A stretch of DNA of 64,000 nt, from positions 32,001 to 96,000 of the forward strand of contig CAWAMW010000015.1 of NCBI GenBank assembly GCA_963783305.1, read 5' to 3'. This document shows positions 18,114 through 29,101 of this stretch, piece after piece (position 1 is the first letter of the stretch; every line of letters begins with the position of its first letter). Under the pieces are notes generated by a model. The model did no database searches. It had not been told where the DNA came from and saw nothing but the letters and a program-made list of their open reading frames with translations. This DNA comes from an uncultured Gemmatimonadales bacterium. GTDB lineage: Bacteria > Gemmatimonadota > Gemmatimonadetes > Longimicrobiales > RSA9. Both the position numbers and the translations under genes were made by a program.

Positions 18114-19094
18114 CTATTCCAGGGGGTTCAGTCCGGCGACGATCTCCGTGCGGCGATCCTCCAGGAACGGTGGCAGGGCGACCGTCTCGCCGAGCGCCCC
18201 GGGGTCCTCGTCCACTGCGAAGCCGGGGCCGTCAGTGGCGATCTCGAAGAGGACGCCCGCGGGCTCACGGAAATAGAGGCTCCGGAAGTAGTAGCGGTCC
18301 ACCGGTCCGCTGTTCGGGATCCCGAGGTCGCCCAGCCGCTCGATCCACCGTTGGTACTCCTCGTCGCTCGGGGTGCGGAACGCCACGTGGTGCACCCCAC
18401 CGGCGCCCTGCCGGGACGGGGGCAGGTCGGGCTGGACGGCGACGTGGAGTTCGGCGTGGGGGCCAGCCGCCGATGCGTCGCCCATCTCAAAAACGTGCAC
18501 CCCGCCGGGACCATACAGCGAGCTCCGGTACTCGCGCACGGCACGCATTCCGAGCGCCTCCGTGAGCACCCGATCGGTGGGACTGAGGGTGGGCACGCTC
18601 ATCGTGACAGGACCGAGTCCGCGGAGCTGATGCTCTGCTGGCACCGGCGAGCCGCTCCATGCCACCGGATCGTCGCCCGCGCCCCCGTCGTCCACCAGTG
18701 AGAGCCGCTGACCTTCCGGGTCCTCGAAATCCAGGACCGCCCTTCCGTCGCGCTCTGACACCCCGCCGGGCTGGACGCCGTGCCTTCGCAGCCACTCGCT
18801 CCACCACGTCAGCGCCGACTCGCCCGACACCCGGAACCCGGTCCGGACCACGCTGTGCGCCCCCCGCCGCTCCCGCGGCATGGGCCAGTCGAAGAATGTC
18901 ATGTCCGTGCCAGGGCTGCCGGCGCCATCCGCGAAGAAGAGGTGATAGGCGCTCACGTCATCCTGGTTCACGGTCCGCTTCACGAGCCGCAGCCCGAGAA
19001 CTTCCGTATAGAAACGGAAGTTCGCGCGGACATCCGCCGTGATGGCGGTCAGGTGGTGGAAGCCGTGCAGCTCCACGGGGCGCTCCGGGCTCAA
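18114..19094 (-). CDS. ring-cleaving dioxygenase/glyoxalase (MhqO-like VOC family)
   Basis: [55 protein letters not shown] overlap with the upstream stop. Confidence 0.92.
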   Translation of the reverse strand: MSPERPVELHGFHHLTAITADVRANFRFYTEVLGLRLVKRTVNQDDVSAYHLFFADGAGSPGTDMTFFDWPMPRERRGAHSVVRTGFRVSGESALTWWSEWLRRHGVQPGGVSERDGRAVLDFEDPEGQRLSLVDDGGAGDDPVAWSGSPVPAEHQLRGLGPVTMSVPTLSPTDRVLTEALGMRAVREYRSSLYGPGGVHVFEMGDASAAGPHAELHVAVQPDLPPSRQGAGGVHHVAFRTPSDEEYQRWIERLGDLGIPNSGPVDRYYFRSLYFREPAGVLFEIATDGPGFAVDEDPGALGETVALPPFLEDRRTEIVAGLNPLE

Positions 19095-21205
19095 TGAAGG
19101 CGGTCGAGCAGGTACGCGTAGGTCAGCGCGTACATGCGGGCCCGCTGCTCCGGGGTCACGCCGGATCCGTGCCCGCCCTCCATGTTCTCGTAGTAGAAGA
19201 TCGGGTGCCCCATGGCCGCCATTTTTGCGGCCATCTTCCGCGCGTGCCCGGGATGCACGCGATCATCCCGGGTGGTGGTGTAGAAGAAGGGGGTGGGATA
19301 GTCCACATCCTCGTGCACGTTGTGGTAGGGCGAGTACTCCCGTATGTACGCCCATTCCTCCGGGATGTCCGGGTTGCCGTACTCGGCCATCCAGCTGGCG
19401 CCCGCCAGGAGCTTGTTGTAGCGGCGCATGTCGAGCAGCGGGACCTGGACGACGACGGCATCGAACAGCTCCGGCCGCTGCGTCATGGCCGCGCCCACCA
19501 GCAGACCGCCGTTGCTCCCGCCCATGATGCCGAGGTGGTCCGGCGACGTCACGCCGTGCTCCACCAGGTACTCCGCCACGGAGATGAAGTCGTCGAACGC
19601 CCGCTGGCGGTGCTCCTTCTGTGCGGCGCGGTGCCAGGACGGGCCGAACTCACCGCCGCCCCGGATGTTGGCCACCACGTATACGCCCCCGCGCTCGAGC
19701 CAGGACTTCCCGACGATGGCGCTGTACGAGGGCGTCTCGGAGATCTCGAAACCGCCGTAGCCGTAGACGAGCGTCGGGTTCGTGCCGTCGTGGGGGATCC
19801 CCTCGCGATGGACAATGAAGAACGGGACGCGCGTCCCGTCGGCAGAGGTGGCCGCGTGTTGCTCCACGACGAGCCCCTCGGCATCGTACATGTCCGGAAG
19901 CTGCCGGACCTCCCTCACGGTGCCATCCTCCTCGGCCAGGTAGAGGGTGTTGGGTTGTGTGTAGCTGCTGTAGGTGAAGAAGAAGCGGTTCGTATGCACG
20001 TCCGTCGCCACGACCCCGATCGTTCCCATTTCTGGCGCGTCGATCTCCTCACCGACCCATTCGCCGTCCTCGCGGTGGTAGCGCCACAACTCGCTCCGCA
20101 CGTTGTCCAGCATGCTCACGAGGAGGTAGTCCCGGGTGTCGGAGACGCCGCGCACGGTCTGCCGCTCATCGGGACGGACCACGATGTCGAACTCGCGCTC
20201 GCCCTCGAGGAACCGATCGTACGGCATGGCAACGACCGATCCCTCCGGATACGTCGCGCCGCCGACCTCCCAGGGGGTCCGCAGGTAGACCACGATCTGA
20301 TCCGCCACGAGCATGGGGTCCGCATCCACCGGCACGTCGAGCGCCCTCAGCGCGCCATCGTCGGCCAGCACGTGAACCTTCCCCTCGAAGAAGCTGGGGC
20401 GGTGGAAGACGACCGGGTATCGCGCTTCCGCTGTCTCGATCGAGCCCACCCACACCCCCACATCGCCCGGGTCTCCTTCGAACAGCGTCTCGGCGCTCGC
20501 CAGCGGCTGACCCCGGCGCCAGAGCCGGGCCACCCGCGGGTACCCGGACGTGGTCAGGGAGCCCTCGCCGAAGTCCGTGGATATCAGCAGCTCGTCCGCG
20601 CTCCTCCACGCGACGCTGTTCTTGGCCTCCGGCACGAAGAACCCGTCCTGCACGAAGGTGGCGGACTCCAGGTCGAACTCACGGATCTCCGTCGCATCCG
20701 CACCACCGCGGGAGAGGCTCACCATGCACCGGCGGTACTCGGGGGCGAGGCAGGCGGCGCCACCGAACGCCCACCGCTCACCCTCCCTCTCCGCCAGCGC
20801 GTCGATGTCGAGGATCACCTCCCAGGCGGGCTCGCCCGACAGGTAGGACTCCCAGCTGGTCCGGCGCCAGATCCCGCGTTCGTGCTCTTCATCCGTCCAG
20901 AAGTTGTACAGGTGCTCGCCCATGATGGACGGGTAGGCGATACGCTCGTCGGAGTTCAGGATCTCGAGGGCATCCACGAAGAGCTGCTCGTACTCCGGAT
21001 GTGCGCCCAGGGTCTCCAGCGTCGTGGCGTTCCGGGACGCCACCCACTCCAGCGCCCTCTCTCCCTCCACTTCCTCGAGCCACATGAACGGGTCGTCCGC
21101 TTCCGGCGTCTCCTGGGCGGATGTCGGGCTGGCGGAGACGAGGACGGCAGAGGCCGCGAGCGCGGCCACCGCCAGGATCGGCATAACGTGCATCCTAGCT
21201 GTCAT
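19091..21205 (-). CDS. prolyl oligopeptidase (S9A), secreted
   Basis: Signal peptide, [33 protein letters not shown]. Confidence 0.93.
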   Translation of the reverse strand: MTARMHVMPILAVAALAASAVLVSASPTSAQETPEADDPFMWLEEVEGERALEWVASRNATTLETLGAHPEYEQLFVDALEILNSDERIAYPSIMGEHLYNFWTDEEHERGIWRRTSWESYLSGEPAWEVILDIDALAEREGERWAFGGAACLAPEYRRCMVSLSRGGADATEIREFDLESATFVQDGFFVPEAKNSVAWRSADELLISTDFGEGSLTTSGYPRVARLWRRGQPLASAETLFEGDPGDVGVWVGSIETAEARYPVVFHRPSFFEGKVHVLADDGALRALDVPVDADPMLVADQIVVYLRTPWEVGGATYPEGSVVAMPYDRFLEGEREFDIVVRPDERQTVRGVSDTRDYLLVSMLDNVRSELWRYHREDGEWVGEEIDAPEMGTIGVVATDVHTNRFFFTYSSYTQPNTLYLAEEDGTVREVRQLPDMYDAEGLVVEQHAATSADGTRVPFFIVHREGIPHDGTNPTLVYGYGGFEISETPSYSAIVGKSWLERGGVYVVANIRGGGEFGPSWHRAAQKEHRQRAFDDFISVAEYLVEHGVTSPDHLGIMGGSNGGLLVGAAMTQRPELFDAVVVQVPLLDMRRYNKLLAGASWMAEYGNPDIPEEWAYIREYSPYHNVHEDVDYPTPFFYTTTRDDRVHPGHARKMAAKMAAMGHPIFYYENMEGGHGSGVTPEQRARMYALTYAYLLDRLH

Positions 21206-21437
21206 TTTGGACGACCGGGGTACGCTGGTTTGCGGGTCACGCCGGGCGACGGCGGGCCGCCGGCAGCCATAAGCGTACGCCGCCAGAGGCCCGCGCGCGA
21301 GGTGGGGCCGGACCGTGGCCCACGCAGACGAGCCGGCACCGCGGTGCCTTGCCCCACGACCTCCGCCGCTCCAGCTTCGACGAACCACACCCGCGGTGGG
21401 GCTCCCACCCGGATGAAGCCCTCGATGGAGCGATCCC

Positions 21438-22457
21438 ATGGCAGAGAATCCCCGCCCGACGGGGGTGGATGTAACCCCCAGCCGCAGGAACTTCCTCATC
21501 ACCGCGGGGGCGGGAGTCGCCGGGGCCACACTCGCCACCCTCGCCCTTCCCACCGCGGCCATGGGTGCCACCATTCCGGCGACCGCCGCTGCCAGGAGTA
21601 CGCGCCGAGCCGGAGAACCCTGGGGGCGCCTGGAGCCCGTGGCGGATGGCTGCTGGGCCCTCGTCTCCACCCCGCTCGCCGGAGGCGCCGAGTCCCGCCG
21701 GACCCTCTGCAACGGTGGCATCATCGCCGGGCGAGAGGGCGTCATGGCGGTAGAGGCGTTCGCGTCCATGGAGGGCGCCGCCTGGCTGTCCGACGAGGCG
21801 CTCCGCCTCACGGGCATGCGACCCACCCACGTGGTCCTCACCCACTACCACGGCGACCACGTGTCCGGCGGCGCCGGCTACCTGCTGGGAGGGGAGGCGC
21901 CCCGACTCATGGCCACCCGCACCACTCGCCGCCTCATGGCCGAGCAGGAGGCGGCGCTCGCCGACGACCGCACGGACGCCCGGCCGCTGTTGATGCCCGA
22001 CACGGTGCTGCCGGATGAGGGAGAGGGCACCGACATCGACCTCGGAGGCCGCGCCGTCCGGATCACACCCCGACGCGGCCACACTCCGAGTGACCTCGTG
22101 ATCCGGACAGATTCCGTGATCTTCACCGGTGACCTGGTCTGGAACGCCATGTTTCCCAACTACATGGATGCGATACCATCGGAGTTGTCACGGCACGTGC
22201 GGGCGCTCCGGAGCCAGAGGGCCGACGTCTACGTCTCGGGTCACGGCGCCCTCTCCGAGGCCGCAGATCTCGACCGCTACATCGACCTGCTGGACGACGT
22301 GGAGGCGGCCGCCCGCCAGGCTCTCACGGCCGGTCGACCCCTCGGCGAGGCCGCGGCCGAGTACGCGGTGCCGCCGTCACTGGGCGACTGGCACTTGTTC
22401 TCGCCCCGCTACCCGGAGGTCGCCTTCCTGGCGTGGTCGCGGGAGCTCACGGAGTAG
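21438..22457 (+). CDS. Tat-exported MBL-fold metallo-hydrolase
   Basis: SRRNFL Tat motif; THYHGDH, GHT, GD, GHG metal ligands. Confidence 0.88.
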   Translation: MAENPRPTGVDVTPSRRNFLITAGAGVAGATLATLALPTAAMGATIPATAAARSTRRAGEPWGRLEPVADGCWALVSTPLAGGAESRRTLCNGGIIAGREGVMAVEAFASMEGAAWLSDEALRLTGMRPTHVVLTHYHGDHVSGGAGYLLGGEAPRLMATRTTRRLMAEQEAALADDRTDARPLLMPDTVLPDEGEGTDIDLGGRAVRITPRRGHTPSDLVIRTDSVIFTGDLVWNAMFPNYMDAIPSELSRHVRALRSQRADVYVSGHGALSEAADLDRYIDLLDDVEAAARQALTAGRPLGEAAAEYAVPPSLGDWHLFSPRYPEVAFLAWSRELTE

Positions 22458-22467
22458 AGCGTCGCCG

Positions 22468-23733
22468 TCACGCGCGAGGGCGGACGCCGCAGAACCGCAG
22501 GATCGTTAGCACGAGTACGCGGGTCGCGGTCTCCAGGTCGGCGATCTCGATGTACTCGTCGGGGGCGTGCGCACGCCGAACGTCGCCGGGGCCGTAGAGG
22601 ACCGTAGGCACGCCCCCCTCGTTGGCGAGTAGCCGCATGTCCGCGCCATAGGGCATCCCCCTGACCTCCGGCGGTTCCCCGACCACATCCGCGTGAGCGG
22701 CACCCACCGTCGCGACGATCGAGTGCTCCACGTCCGTGGCCGCGGGGGAGAACTGGCCGCCCCACCACTCCACGGTCGGCGCGTTCGCGCGCAGCCACGG
22801 ATCGCGCTCCGCAGCTTCCTCGACCGCTCGCTCCAGCTCGCGTCGGGCCGCGGCGGAGTCCTCGTCCGGGGCAATGCCCATCCGCCCCTCGAACGTGACC
22901 GACTCGGCGACCGTGGAGGCCCAGATCCCGCCCCGGATCGTGCCGACACAGAGCGCGAACGGAAGCTCCATGTCGCGGAACAGCGCGTGGCGTGGCCGCG
23001 CGTTCCGCTCCCGCTCGAGCGCCTGGAGCGCGCGGTACAGCGGGATGAAGCGGTCGATGGGGTCCACGCCCTCCGCCCTGAGGGCACCATGGGCGGCCCG
23101 GCCAGGCACCGTCACTCGGAAGTTGAACGCTCCCGCCTGCGCGGGGGCCAGCACCAGCCGGGTCGGCTCCAGGACGATTGCGGCATCACCCGCAGGACCG
23201 CGACGGACCGCCGCCAGCGTGCCGAGCCCGCCGTCCTCCTCCCCGACCACGCTCTGGACCAGCACCGACCCCGCCAGCTCGACGCCCGCCGCGCGCAGTG
23301 CCCTCAGAGCGAACAGCCCGCACAGCAGCCCCCCCTTCATGTCGGCGGAGCCACGGCCGTAAACCCTGCCGTCCCGAACCGTGGCCTCGAAAGGCGGGAC
23401 CGACCATCGGCTGGGCTCGCCGGCGGGGACCACATCCACGTGTCCGTTCAGCACGAGCGTCGGGCCTCCTTCGCCCATGCGCCCCACCACGCCCAGCGCC
23501 TCCGGCCGGCCCAGCTCTTCCGAGTACGAAGGGTCCTGCCGCAGCGCCGGGAGGTCGATCTCCCAGCGGTCCACGGCCAGTCCAGAGTCTGCCATGAATG
23601 CCGACATCCACTCCTGGGCCGGGCCCTCCCTCCCGCCGGAGCTGTCGATGGCGATCAGCTCCCGCAGCCGCGCCACGAGGCCGTCCACGTCCACGGCGTC
23701 CAGCGCCCTCCGCTCTTCCCGCTGGCGGCTCAC
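22468..23733 (-). CDS. ArgE/DapE family deacylase (M20)
   Basis: [31 protein letters not shown] motifs. Confidence 0.92.
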   Translation of the reverse strand: MSRQREERRALDAVDVDGLVARLRELIAIDSSGGREGPAQEWMSAFMADSGLAVDRWEIDLPALRQDPSYSEELGRPEALGVVGRMGEGGPTLVLNGHVDVVPAGEPSRWSVPPFEATVRDGRVYGRGSADMKGGLLCGLFALRALRAAGVELAGSVLVQSVVGEEDGGLGTLAAVRRGPAGDAAIVLEPTRLVLAPAQAGAFNFRVTVPGRAAHGALRAEGVDPIDRFIPLYRALQALERERNARPRHALFRDMELPFALCVGTIRGGIWASTVAESVTFEGRMGIAPDEDSAAARRELERAVEEAAERDPWLRANAPTVEWWGGQFSPAATDVEHSIVATVGAAHADVVGEPPEVRGMPYGADMRLLANEGGVPTVLYGPGDVRRAHAPDEYIEIADLETATRVLVLTILRFCGVRPRA

Positions 23734-24914
23734 GTCAGGCGCGCGAGGCCGGCCTCGAGGTCAGCGACCAGGTCCTCGCCGTTCTCGATCCCGACCGAGT
23801 AGCGGATCAGCGATTCCGGGATCCCCGCCGCGGCCCGCTGCTGCGGCGTCAGCTCCACGTGGCTCGTCGTGGCCGGCGGTCCCACGAGTGTCGCGACCGA
23901 GCCCAGGCTGGCGGCGCGGTGCGCAAGCTCCAGCCCGCCGAGCAGCGTCCGGACGTTGTCGAACCCACCCACGAGGGCGAAGGCCAGAACGCCACCGAAC
24001 CCGCTCATCTGCCCGCGCGCCACATCGTGGCCCGGGTGGTCCGGAAGCCCCGGGTAGTGCACGGCGGCCACCGCAGGGTGCGACGCGAGGAACTCCGCCA
24101 CCCGCTGGGCATTCTCGTTCTGACGCCCGACCCGGAGCTCCAGTGTGCGAATCCCGCGCGCCAGCAGCGACGCGGAATGGGGATCGAGCGAAGCGCCATT
24201 GATCTCGCGGAACCGGAAAATCTCCCGAACCCGGGCCACGTCGCCCACGACCACCCCGCCCATGGCATCCGAATGTCCGCCCAGGTACTTGGTGGCGCTG
24301 TGCAGGACCAGGTCGGCGCCCAGCTCGAGCGGCCGCTGGTTGATGGGCGTGGCGAATGTATTGTCGACGACGACGGTGGCGCCCGCCCGGTGGCCGGCGG
24401 CGCCGAGCCGTCGGATATCCAGAACCTTCAGCGTCGGGTTCGTCGGCGTCTCCAGGTAGAGCAGGTCGCAGCCGCGGCCGATGGCCTCCTCTATGGCCGC
24501 GTGATCGCTCGTGTCGCACAGCTCCACGTCCACGCCCCAGCCCGGCAGGAAGTCGTTGAAGATCCGGTTCGTACCGCCATACGTGTCCCGGATGCTCACC
24601 ACCCTTCGGCCCGGCTCCAGCAGCGCAAAGAGCGTGTTGCTGATCGCGGCCATTCCGGTAGCAAAGGAGGTCGCCGCCTCCGCCCCCTCCAGCAGCCGCA
24701 CCTTCTCCTCGAACACGGCCACTGTGGGGTTGGTGTTCCGCGAGTAAATGTGACCCGCCTTCTCACCGGCGCCCACCGCTCGCCACTCATCCAGATCGTC
24801 GTATGAGAAGGTCACGCCGTGGTAGATGGGCGTGACCGTCACCCCCTCGGGACCTCGCTTCGGCTCCCCGTCCCAGACGCAGCGGGTCGATTTCCCCCGT
24901 TCGTCAGCCGACAT
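23730..24914 (-). CDS. cystathionine gamma-synthase family PLP enzyme
   Basis: [43 protein letters not shown]. Confidence 0.92.
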   Translation of the reverse strand: MSADERGKSTRCVWDGEPKRGPEGVTVTPIYHGVTFSYDDLDEWRAVGAGEKAGHIYSRNTNPTVAVFEEKVRLLEGAEAATSFATGMAAISNTLFALLEPGRRVVSIRDTYGGTNRIFNDFLPGWGVDVELCDTSDHAAIEEAIGRGCDLLYLETPTNPTLKVLDIRRLGAAGHRAGATVVVDNTFATPINQRPLELGADLVLHSATKYLGGHSDAMGGVVVGDVARVREIFRFREINGASLDPHSASLLARGIRTLELRVGRQNENAQRVAEFLASHPAVAAVHYPGLPDHPGHDVARGQMSGFGGVLAFALVGGFDNVRTLLGGLELAHRAASLGSVATLVGPPATTSHVELTPQQRAAAGIPESLIRYSVGIENGEDLVADLEAGLARLT

Positions 24915-25161
24915 CAAACGACCGCGGCGCGCGCGGCTCCGCTGGCATGAGAAGCCACAGGATGAGGTACACGATCAGCCCCGGGAAGGCGGCAGAGAGC
25001 GCCGAGACGGCGACGAACGCGATCCGCACGTTCGTCGCGGACCAGCCGAAGTAGCGGGCGATCCCACGGCAGACGCCGGCCACGAGCCGGCCCCTCCGCG
25101 GACGATAGAGGCCGCCCCGTGGCGCCTCGTCACGGAACTGCACCTGATCACGGTCCGCCAT
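24904..25161 (-). CDS. PspC domain-containing protein
   Basis: LYRPRRGRLVAGVCRGIARYFG...VRIAF...LIVYLILWLLMP. Confidence 0.88.
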   Translation of the reverse strand: MADRDQVQFRDEAPRGGLYRPRRGRLVAGVCRGIARYFGWSATNVRIAFVAVSALSAAFPGLIVYLILWLLMPAEPRAPRSFDVG

Positions 25162-25310
25162 CACGACTGTCGCTCGGGCGTCGGCCCCGGGGGAGTGATG
25201 GCACCCGGCACACGCAGCAGGAGCCAGATCGGGATGGCGGCGGCCACCAGCGCCATGACCGCCGCTCCGGCGGCGAGAACGGTAAGGACGAGCCTCAGGA
25301 TTCGCGTCAT
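25161..25310 (-). CDS. small membrane protein (49 aa)
   Basis: Single hydrophobic helix; TGATG overlap with the PspC-domain gene start. Confidence 0.5.
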   Translation of the reverse strand: MTRILRLVLTVLAAGAAVMALVAAAIPIWLLLRVPGAITPPGPTPERQS

Positions 25311-25470
25311 AGATCGTTTCACTTGGGGACGGAGCATGGACCGCCCGGGGCGATCCCGTGGGGGCGCAGCCGCGGGGTTCCGGTCCTCTACCTTCCAATG
25401 TGGTCCAAGCCGGGTCGTGGGACCAGACGCCCCTGCACTTCGCGCGGAAAACCCGATACATTCCGCGGCC

Positions 25471-27552
25471 ATGATATCCGTATCGAACCTAGCCAAGGAA
25501 TTCGGCGACCGCACGCTGTTCGAGAACGCTTCCTTCCAGCTGAACCCGGGGGAGCGCTACGGACTCGTGGGCGCCAACGGTTCCGGAAAGACGACGCTGC
25601 TCGGCATCCTGACCGGTGACGAGCCCGCCTCCGCCGGCCATATCTCCATCCCGTCCCGGATCGACATGGGCGTGCTCCGGCAGGACCAGTTCCTGTACGA
25701 GGACGAAGAGATTCTCGGCGTCGCCATGCGCGGCAACCCGGAGCTCTGGAAGGCCATGGTCGAAAAGGAGAAGATCCTGGCCAATGCCGCCGAGCACTTC
25801 GACACGAAGCGCTACGGCATCGTCGAGGAGACCATCGAGCGTCACGACGGCTACGCCGCGGAGTCGAGGGCCGCCGAGATCCTCGAGGGCCTCGGCATCC
25901 CCACCGAGGTCCACCGCCGTCCCCTCAGCACGCTCTCCGGCGGCTTCAAGCTGCGCGTCCTCCTGGCCCAGGCCCTGGCCGGCAATCCCGACATCCTCCT
26001 CCTGGACGAGCCCACGAACCACCTGGACATTCTCAGCATCCGATGGCTCGAGAAGTTCCTCAGGGGCTTCGGCGGTCCGGTGGTCGTGATCAGTCACGAC
26101 CACCGCTTCCTGGACAACGTCTCGACCCACATCCTCGACGTGGACTACCAGACCGTGACCCTCTACCACGGGAACTACACCGCCTTCGTGGAGCAGAAGC
26201 GGGAGGAGCGGGAGCGACGGGAGAAGGAGATCGGGGCGCGGGAGAAGGAGATCGCGCATCACCGGGAGTTCGTCGACCGGTTCCGGGCCAAGGCGAGCAA
26301 GGCGCGCCAGGCCCAGAGCAAGCTGCGAATGATCGAGAAGAAGGCGGAGCAGCTTGAGCCGCTGGCGCCGAGCTCCCGCCGCTATCCCAGTTTCCGGTTC
26401 GACCCGTACCGGCCCAGTGGGCGGGATGTCCTGGAACTGGAGGGGGTTCGGAAGGCGTACGCAGAGAACGAGGTCCTCCACGGGGTCGATCTCGAGGTCC
26501 GGCGCGGCGACCGCCTGGCGATCATGGGACCCAACGGCATCGGGAAGTCGACTCTTCTCAAGATCGCCGTCGGAGACCTGGCCGCCGATGACGGAGAGGT
26601 GGAATGGGGCCACGCCGTGCGGGTCGGCTATTTCGCACAGGACCACCACGAACAGCTCGACGATCCGGGGGTCAGCGCCGAGCAGTGGGTCGCCCATCAC
26701 CACCCGGCTCTCTCCACGACCTACCTCCGTGGCGCCATGGGCGCCGTCCTCTTTTCCGGCGATGAGGCCGAGAAGCGGCTGTCCGCCCTCTCCGGTGGTG
26801 AAGCCGCGCGCCTGGTCTTTTGCAAGCTCGCCCTCGAGAAGCCCAATGTGCTCGTCCTCGACGAGCCCACGAACCACCTCGACCTGGAGTCCATCGAGGC
26901 TCTCGTCGAGGGACTTCAGGAGTATGAGGGGACGCTGATCTTCGTCTCCCACGACCGCTGGTTCGTCAGCCGGCTCGCCAACCGGGTCGTGGAGATCTCG
27001 GCCACCGCGATCCGCGATTACCGCGGCACCTACGAGGAATACGTCCACTGGTGTGGCGACGACCACCTCGATGTGGACACGGTGATGGAGAAGGAGCGGT
27101 CGCGGAAGTCGGACGGCGAGGCCCCGACAACCCTCCCGTCGAACCGCGCAGCCGCGAACGCGACCGACCAGTCCAACAGCAAATCTGCTCCCACCGAACC
27201 CGATCGACCCAATGTGCAGGCGGGGCGGGGTGGCAGCGCACCGGTCGGCGGCGGCAGCGAGTCGGTCGGCGGCGACAGCCAGTCGCCCCCGGTCGGGACC
27301 GAGCGGGGGCGCCGCCGCGATCCTTACAAGGTCCGGAAGCTCGAGGAGCGGCGCGACGAGCTCACGCTGCGGATCGACCGGGCGGAAGCACGCCTCGGGG
27401 AGATCGAGCAGGCCTTTGCGGACCCCGGGCTCTACGCCCCCCAGCGCCAGGAGGAGGTCCGCTCTCTCGAAGAGGAGCGGACCCGGCTCGAGGGCAGCAT
27501 CGAGAAGTGGATGGCCGAGTGGGAAAGCGCAGAGCGCCAGCTCGCCGGCTGA
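25471..27552 (+). CDS. ABC-F family ATP-binding protein
   Basis: Two NBDs (GANGSGKT/LSGG/LDEPTNHLD; GPNGIGKS/LSGGE/LDEPTNHLD), no TM segments, C-terminal coiled coil. Confidence 0.95.
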   Translation: MISVSNLAKEFGDRTLFENASFQLNPGERYGLVGANGSGKTTLLGILTGDEPASAGHISIPSRIDMGVLRQDQFLYEDEEILGVAMRGNPELWKAMVEKEKILANAAEHFDTKRYGIVEETIERHDGYAAESRAAEILEGLGIPTEVHRRPLSTLSGGFKLRVLLAQALAGNPDILLLDEPTNHLDILSIRWLEKFLRGFGGPVVVISHDHRFLDNVSTHILDVDYQTVTLYHGNYTAFVEQKREERERREKEIGAREKEIAHHREFVDRFRAKASKARQAQSKLRMIEKKAEQLEPLAPSSRRYPSFRFDPYRPSGRDVLELEGVRKAYAENEVLHGVDLEVRRGDRLAIMGPNGIGKSTLLKIAVGDLAADDGEVEWGHAVRVGYFAQDHHEQLDDPGVSAEQWVAHHHPALSTTYLRGAMGAVLFSGDEAEKRLSALSGGEAARLVFCKLALEKPNVLVLDEPTNHLDLESIEALVEGLQEYEGTLIFVSHDRWFVSRLANRVVEISATAIRDYRGTYEEYVHWCGDDHLDVDTVMEKERSRKSDGEAPTTLPSNRAAANATDQSNSKSAPTEPDRPNVQAGRGGSAPVGGGSESVGGDSQSPPVGTERGRRRDPYKVRKLEERRDELTLRIDRAEARLGEIEQAFADPGLYAPQRQEEVRSLEEERTRLEGSIEKWMAEWESAERQLAG

Positions 27553-28116
27553 CTACGCGCCCGGCCAGAGCCAGCCGAACACGCCGCCCGTCAGCAGGGC
27601 GTAAATGAGCCCGTCCAGTGTGTTCTTGCCCGCCGTCGTCCACTTCTGTCCGAACCAGATCGTCTCCTGCCACGTTCCGAGCGCATAGGCCGCAAAGGCC
27701 GTCGCCCCCGCGAACCGGAACGCTTCGCCGTAGTACGCCCCCGGGTTCAGGGCGCGCCCCGAAATGTAGGCGGCGAAGATGGAGACCACGAGGCAGTAGA
27801 TGAACCAGGCGATCAACTCCCGGCTCATGTTGATCTGCCCGCTCGGGAGGATCGTGACCAGACCCACGGGCCCCTTCTCTCGTTTCTCGACATAGGCCGG
27901 CGCCTTCATCGCATCGCGTGACGCCGCGTGCGGCATGACATAGGTGCCGGGCGGGATGTCGTGCGCTCGGAGGGACGCCATGATCGCGTCCTCCGCCGGA
28001 AGCGGTGCGAAATCGGTCGAGTGATACGTCATCACGGTGTGCAGGATCGCGCTCACGACGAAGATGAGGGCCGCGGCCACGAGGATGGGGAGCCACAGGG
28101 AGAGCACCGGCACCAT
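27553..28116 (-). CDS. hypothetical membrane protein
   Basis: GGAGG RBS; four hydrophobic segments; SLWLPILVAA...FGWLWP. Confidence 0.8.
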   Translation of the reverse strand: MVPVLSLWLPILVAAALIFVVSAILHTVMTYHSTDFAPLPAEDAIMASLRAHDIPPGTYVMPHAASRDAMKAPAYVEKREKGPVGLVTILPSGQINMSRELIAWFIYCLVVSIFAAYISGRALNPGAYYGEAFRFAGATAFAAYALGTWQETIWFGQKWTTAGKNTLDGLIYALLTGGVFGWLWPGA

Positions 28117-28200
28117 TGCCACCTCCAGGTTGGGATAGGGGATAGGCAAGGATGCAGCGGGGGAGGCGCCACCGAAAGACTTTTGTAGGAGACGCGAGGC

Positions 28201-28288
28201 CCCTCTGGGATTGTCAGCAGGAACTGTGGGCAGGGTGAACGGGCCCCCCGCATGTCCGCATGGGTCCAACATTTCCTGCTGACAATCT
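28201..28288. repeat. inverted-repeat-bounded element (MITE/REPIN-like), copy 2
   Basis: TTGTCAGCAGGAACTGTGGG (28211-30) and CCAACATTTCCTGCTGACAA (28266-85) are 18/20 complementary; the reverse complement of 28201-30 matches 11141-70 at 27/30. Confidence 0.75.
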
Positions 28289-28342
28289 ACGAGGATTCGG
28301 TGGGCCGACCGGGGCTGGCTTCTGCCCTCCCCTCTCCACCGA

Positions 28343-28969
28343 CTACAGCTGCGCGATGGCCACGAAGTGACAGGCGCTCCCCGCAAGCACGAACACGTGC
28401 CACGCCACATGAGCGTACCGAACCCGATCCATGTGGTACACGAGCGTGCCCACACTGTAGATCAGCCCTCCGGCGGCGACCCACGCGAGCGTCACGTAGC
28501 TCAGCCTCTCCACTAGCGGCACGAACGCCAGGAGGGCCAGCCAGCCCATGCCGAGATACAGCCCCGTCGACAGCCGGGGGAACCGGTCCAGGAGCGTCAG
28601 CTTGTACACCACACCGCCCACCGCGAGCGCCCACGCAAGGCCGAACATGAACCAGCCCCACGCCCCCCGAAGCGGCAGCAGGAGGAAGGGCGTGTAACTG
28701 CCGGCGATGAAGAGGAAGATCGCCGAATGGTCCATCACTCGGAGGCGCCACTTCAGGTCAAGCCTCGTGACACCGTGGTACAGCGTCGAAATTGTGTAGA
28801 GCGCCACCATTGTGATGCCGTAGATGGCCATGCTCAGAATGCGCCAGCCATCCCCAGCCCGCAGCGCGTCGAGGATCAGGTATCCAGCGCCCACAGCTGC
28901 CAGGGCCGCCCCGATACCGTGCGTGATGCTGTGGAAAAGCTCTTCGTGTCTCGTATAGAAATCGGTCAT
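28343..28969 (-). CDS. hemolysin III/PAQR family membrane protein
   Basis: EELFHSITHG, STLYH, DHSAIFLFIAGSYTP, HVAWHVFV. Confidence 0.92.
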   Translation of the reverse strand: MTDFYTRHEELFHSITHGIGAALAAVGAGYLILDALRAGDGWRILSMAIYGITMVALYTISTLYHGVTRLDLKWRLRVMDHSAIFLFIAGSYTPFLLLPLRGAWGWFMFGLAWALAVGGVVYKLTLLDRFPRLSTGLYLGMGWLALLAFVPLVERLSYVTLAWVAAGGLIYSVGTLVYHMDRVRYAHVAWHVFVLAGSACHFVAIAQL

Positions 28970-29101
28970 CTCTATGTTCCCTGGTCCGCCATCCTCCCAT
29001 GCAACCGCGGGGCCAGCCTTCCGTTTCGTCCGCTGAAACCCGCCCCCGCCCACCGCCGTACGGCCAACCGATCACGATACCTGAACTGGAGCACCGCCCG
29101 C

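Noticed and set aside
21438..22457. Metallo-beta-lactamase resistance gene
   Set aside because: The HxHxDH fold is shared by many hydrolases; nothing specifically indicates a B1/B2/B3 enzyme.
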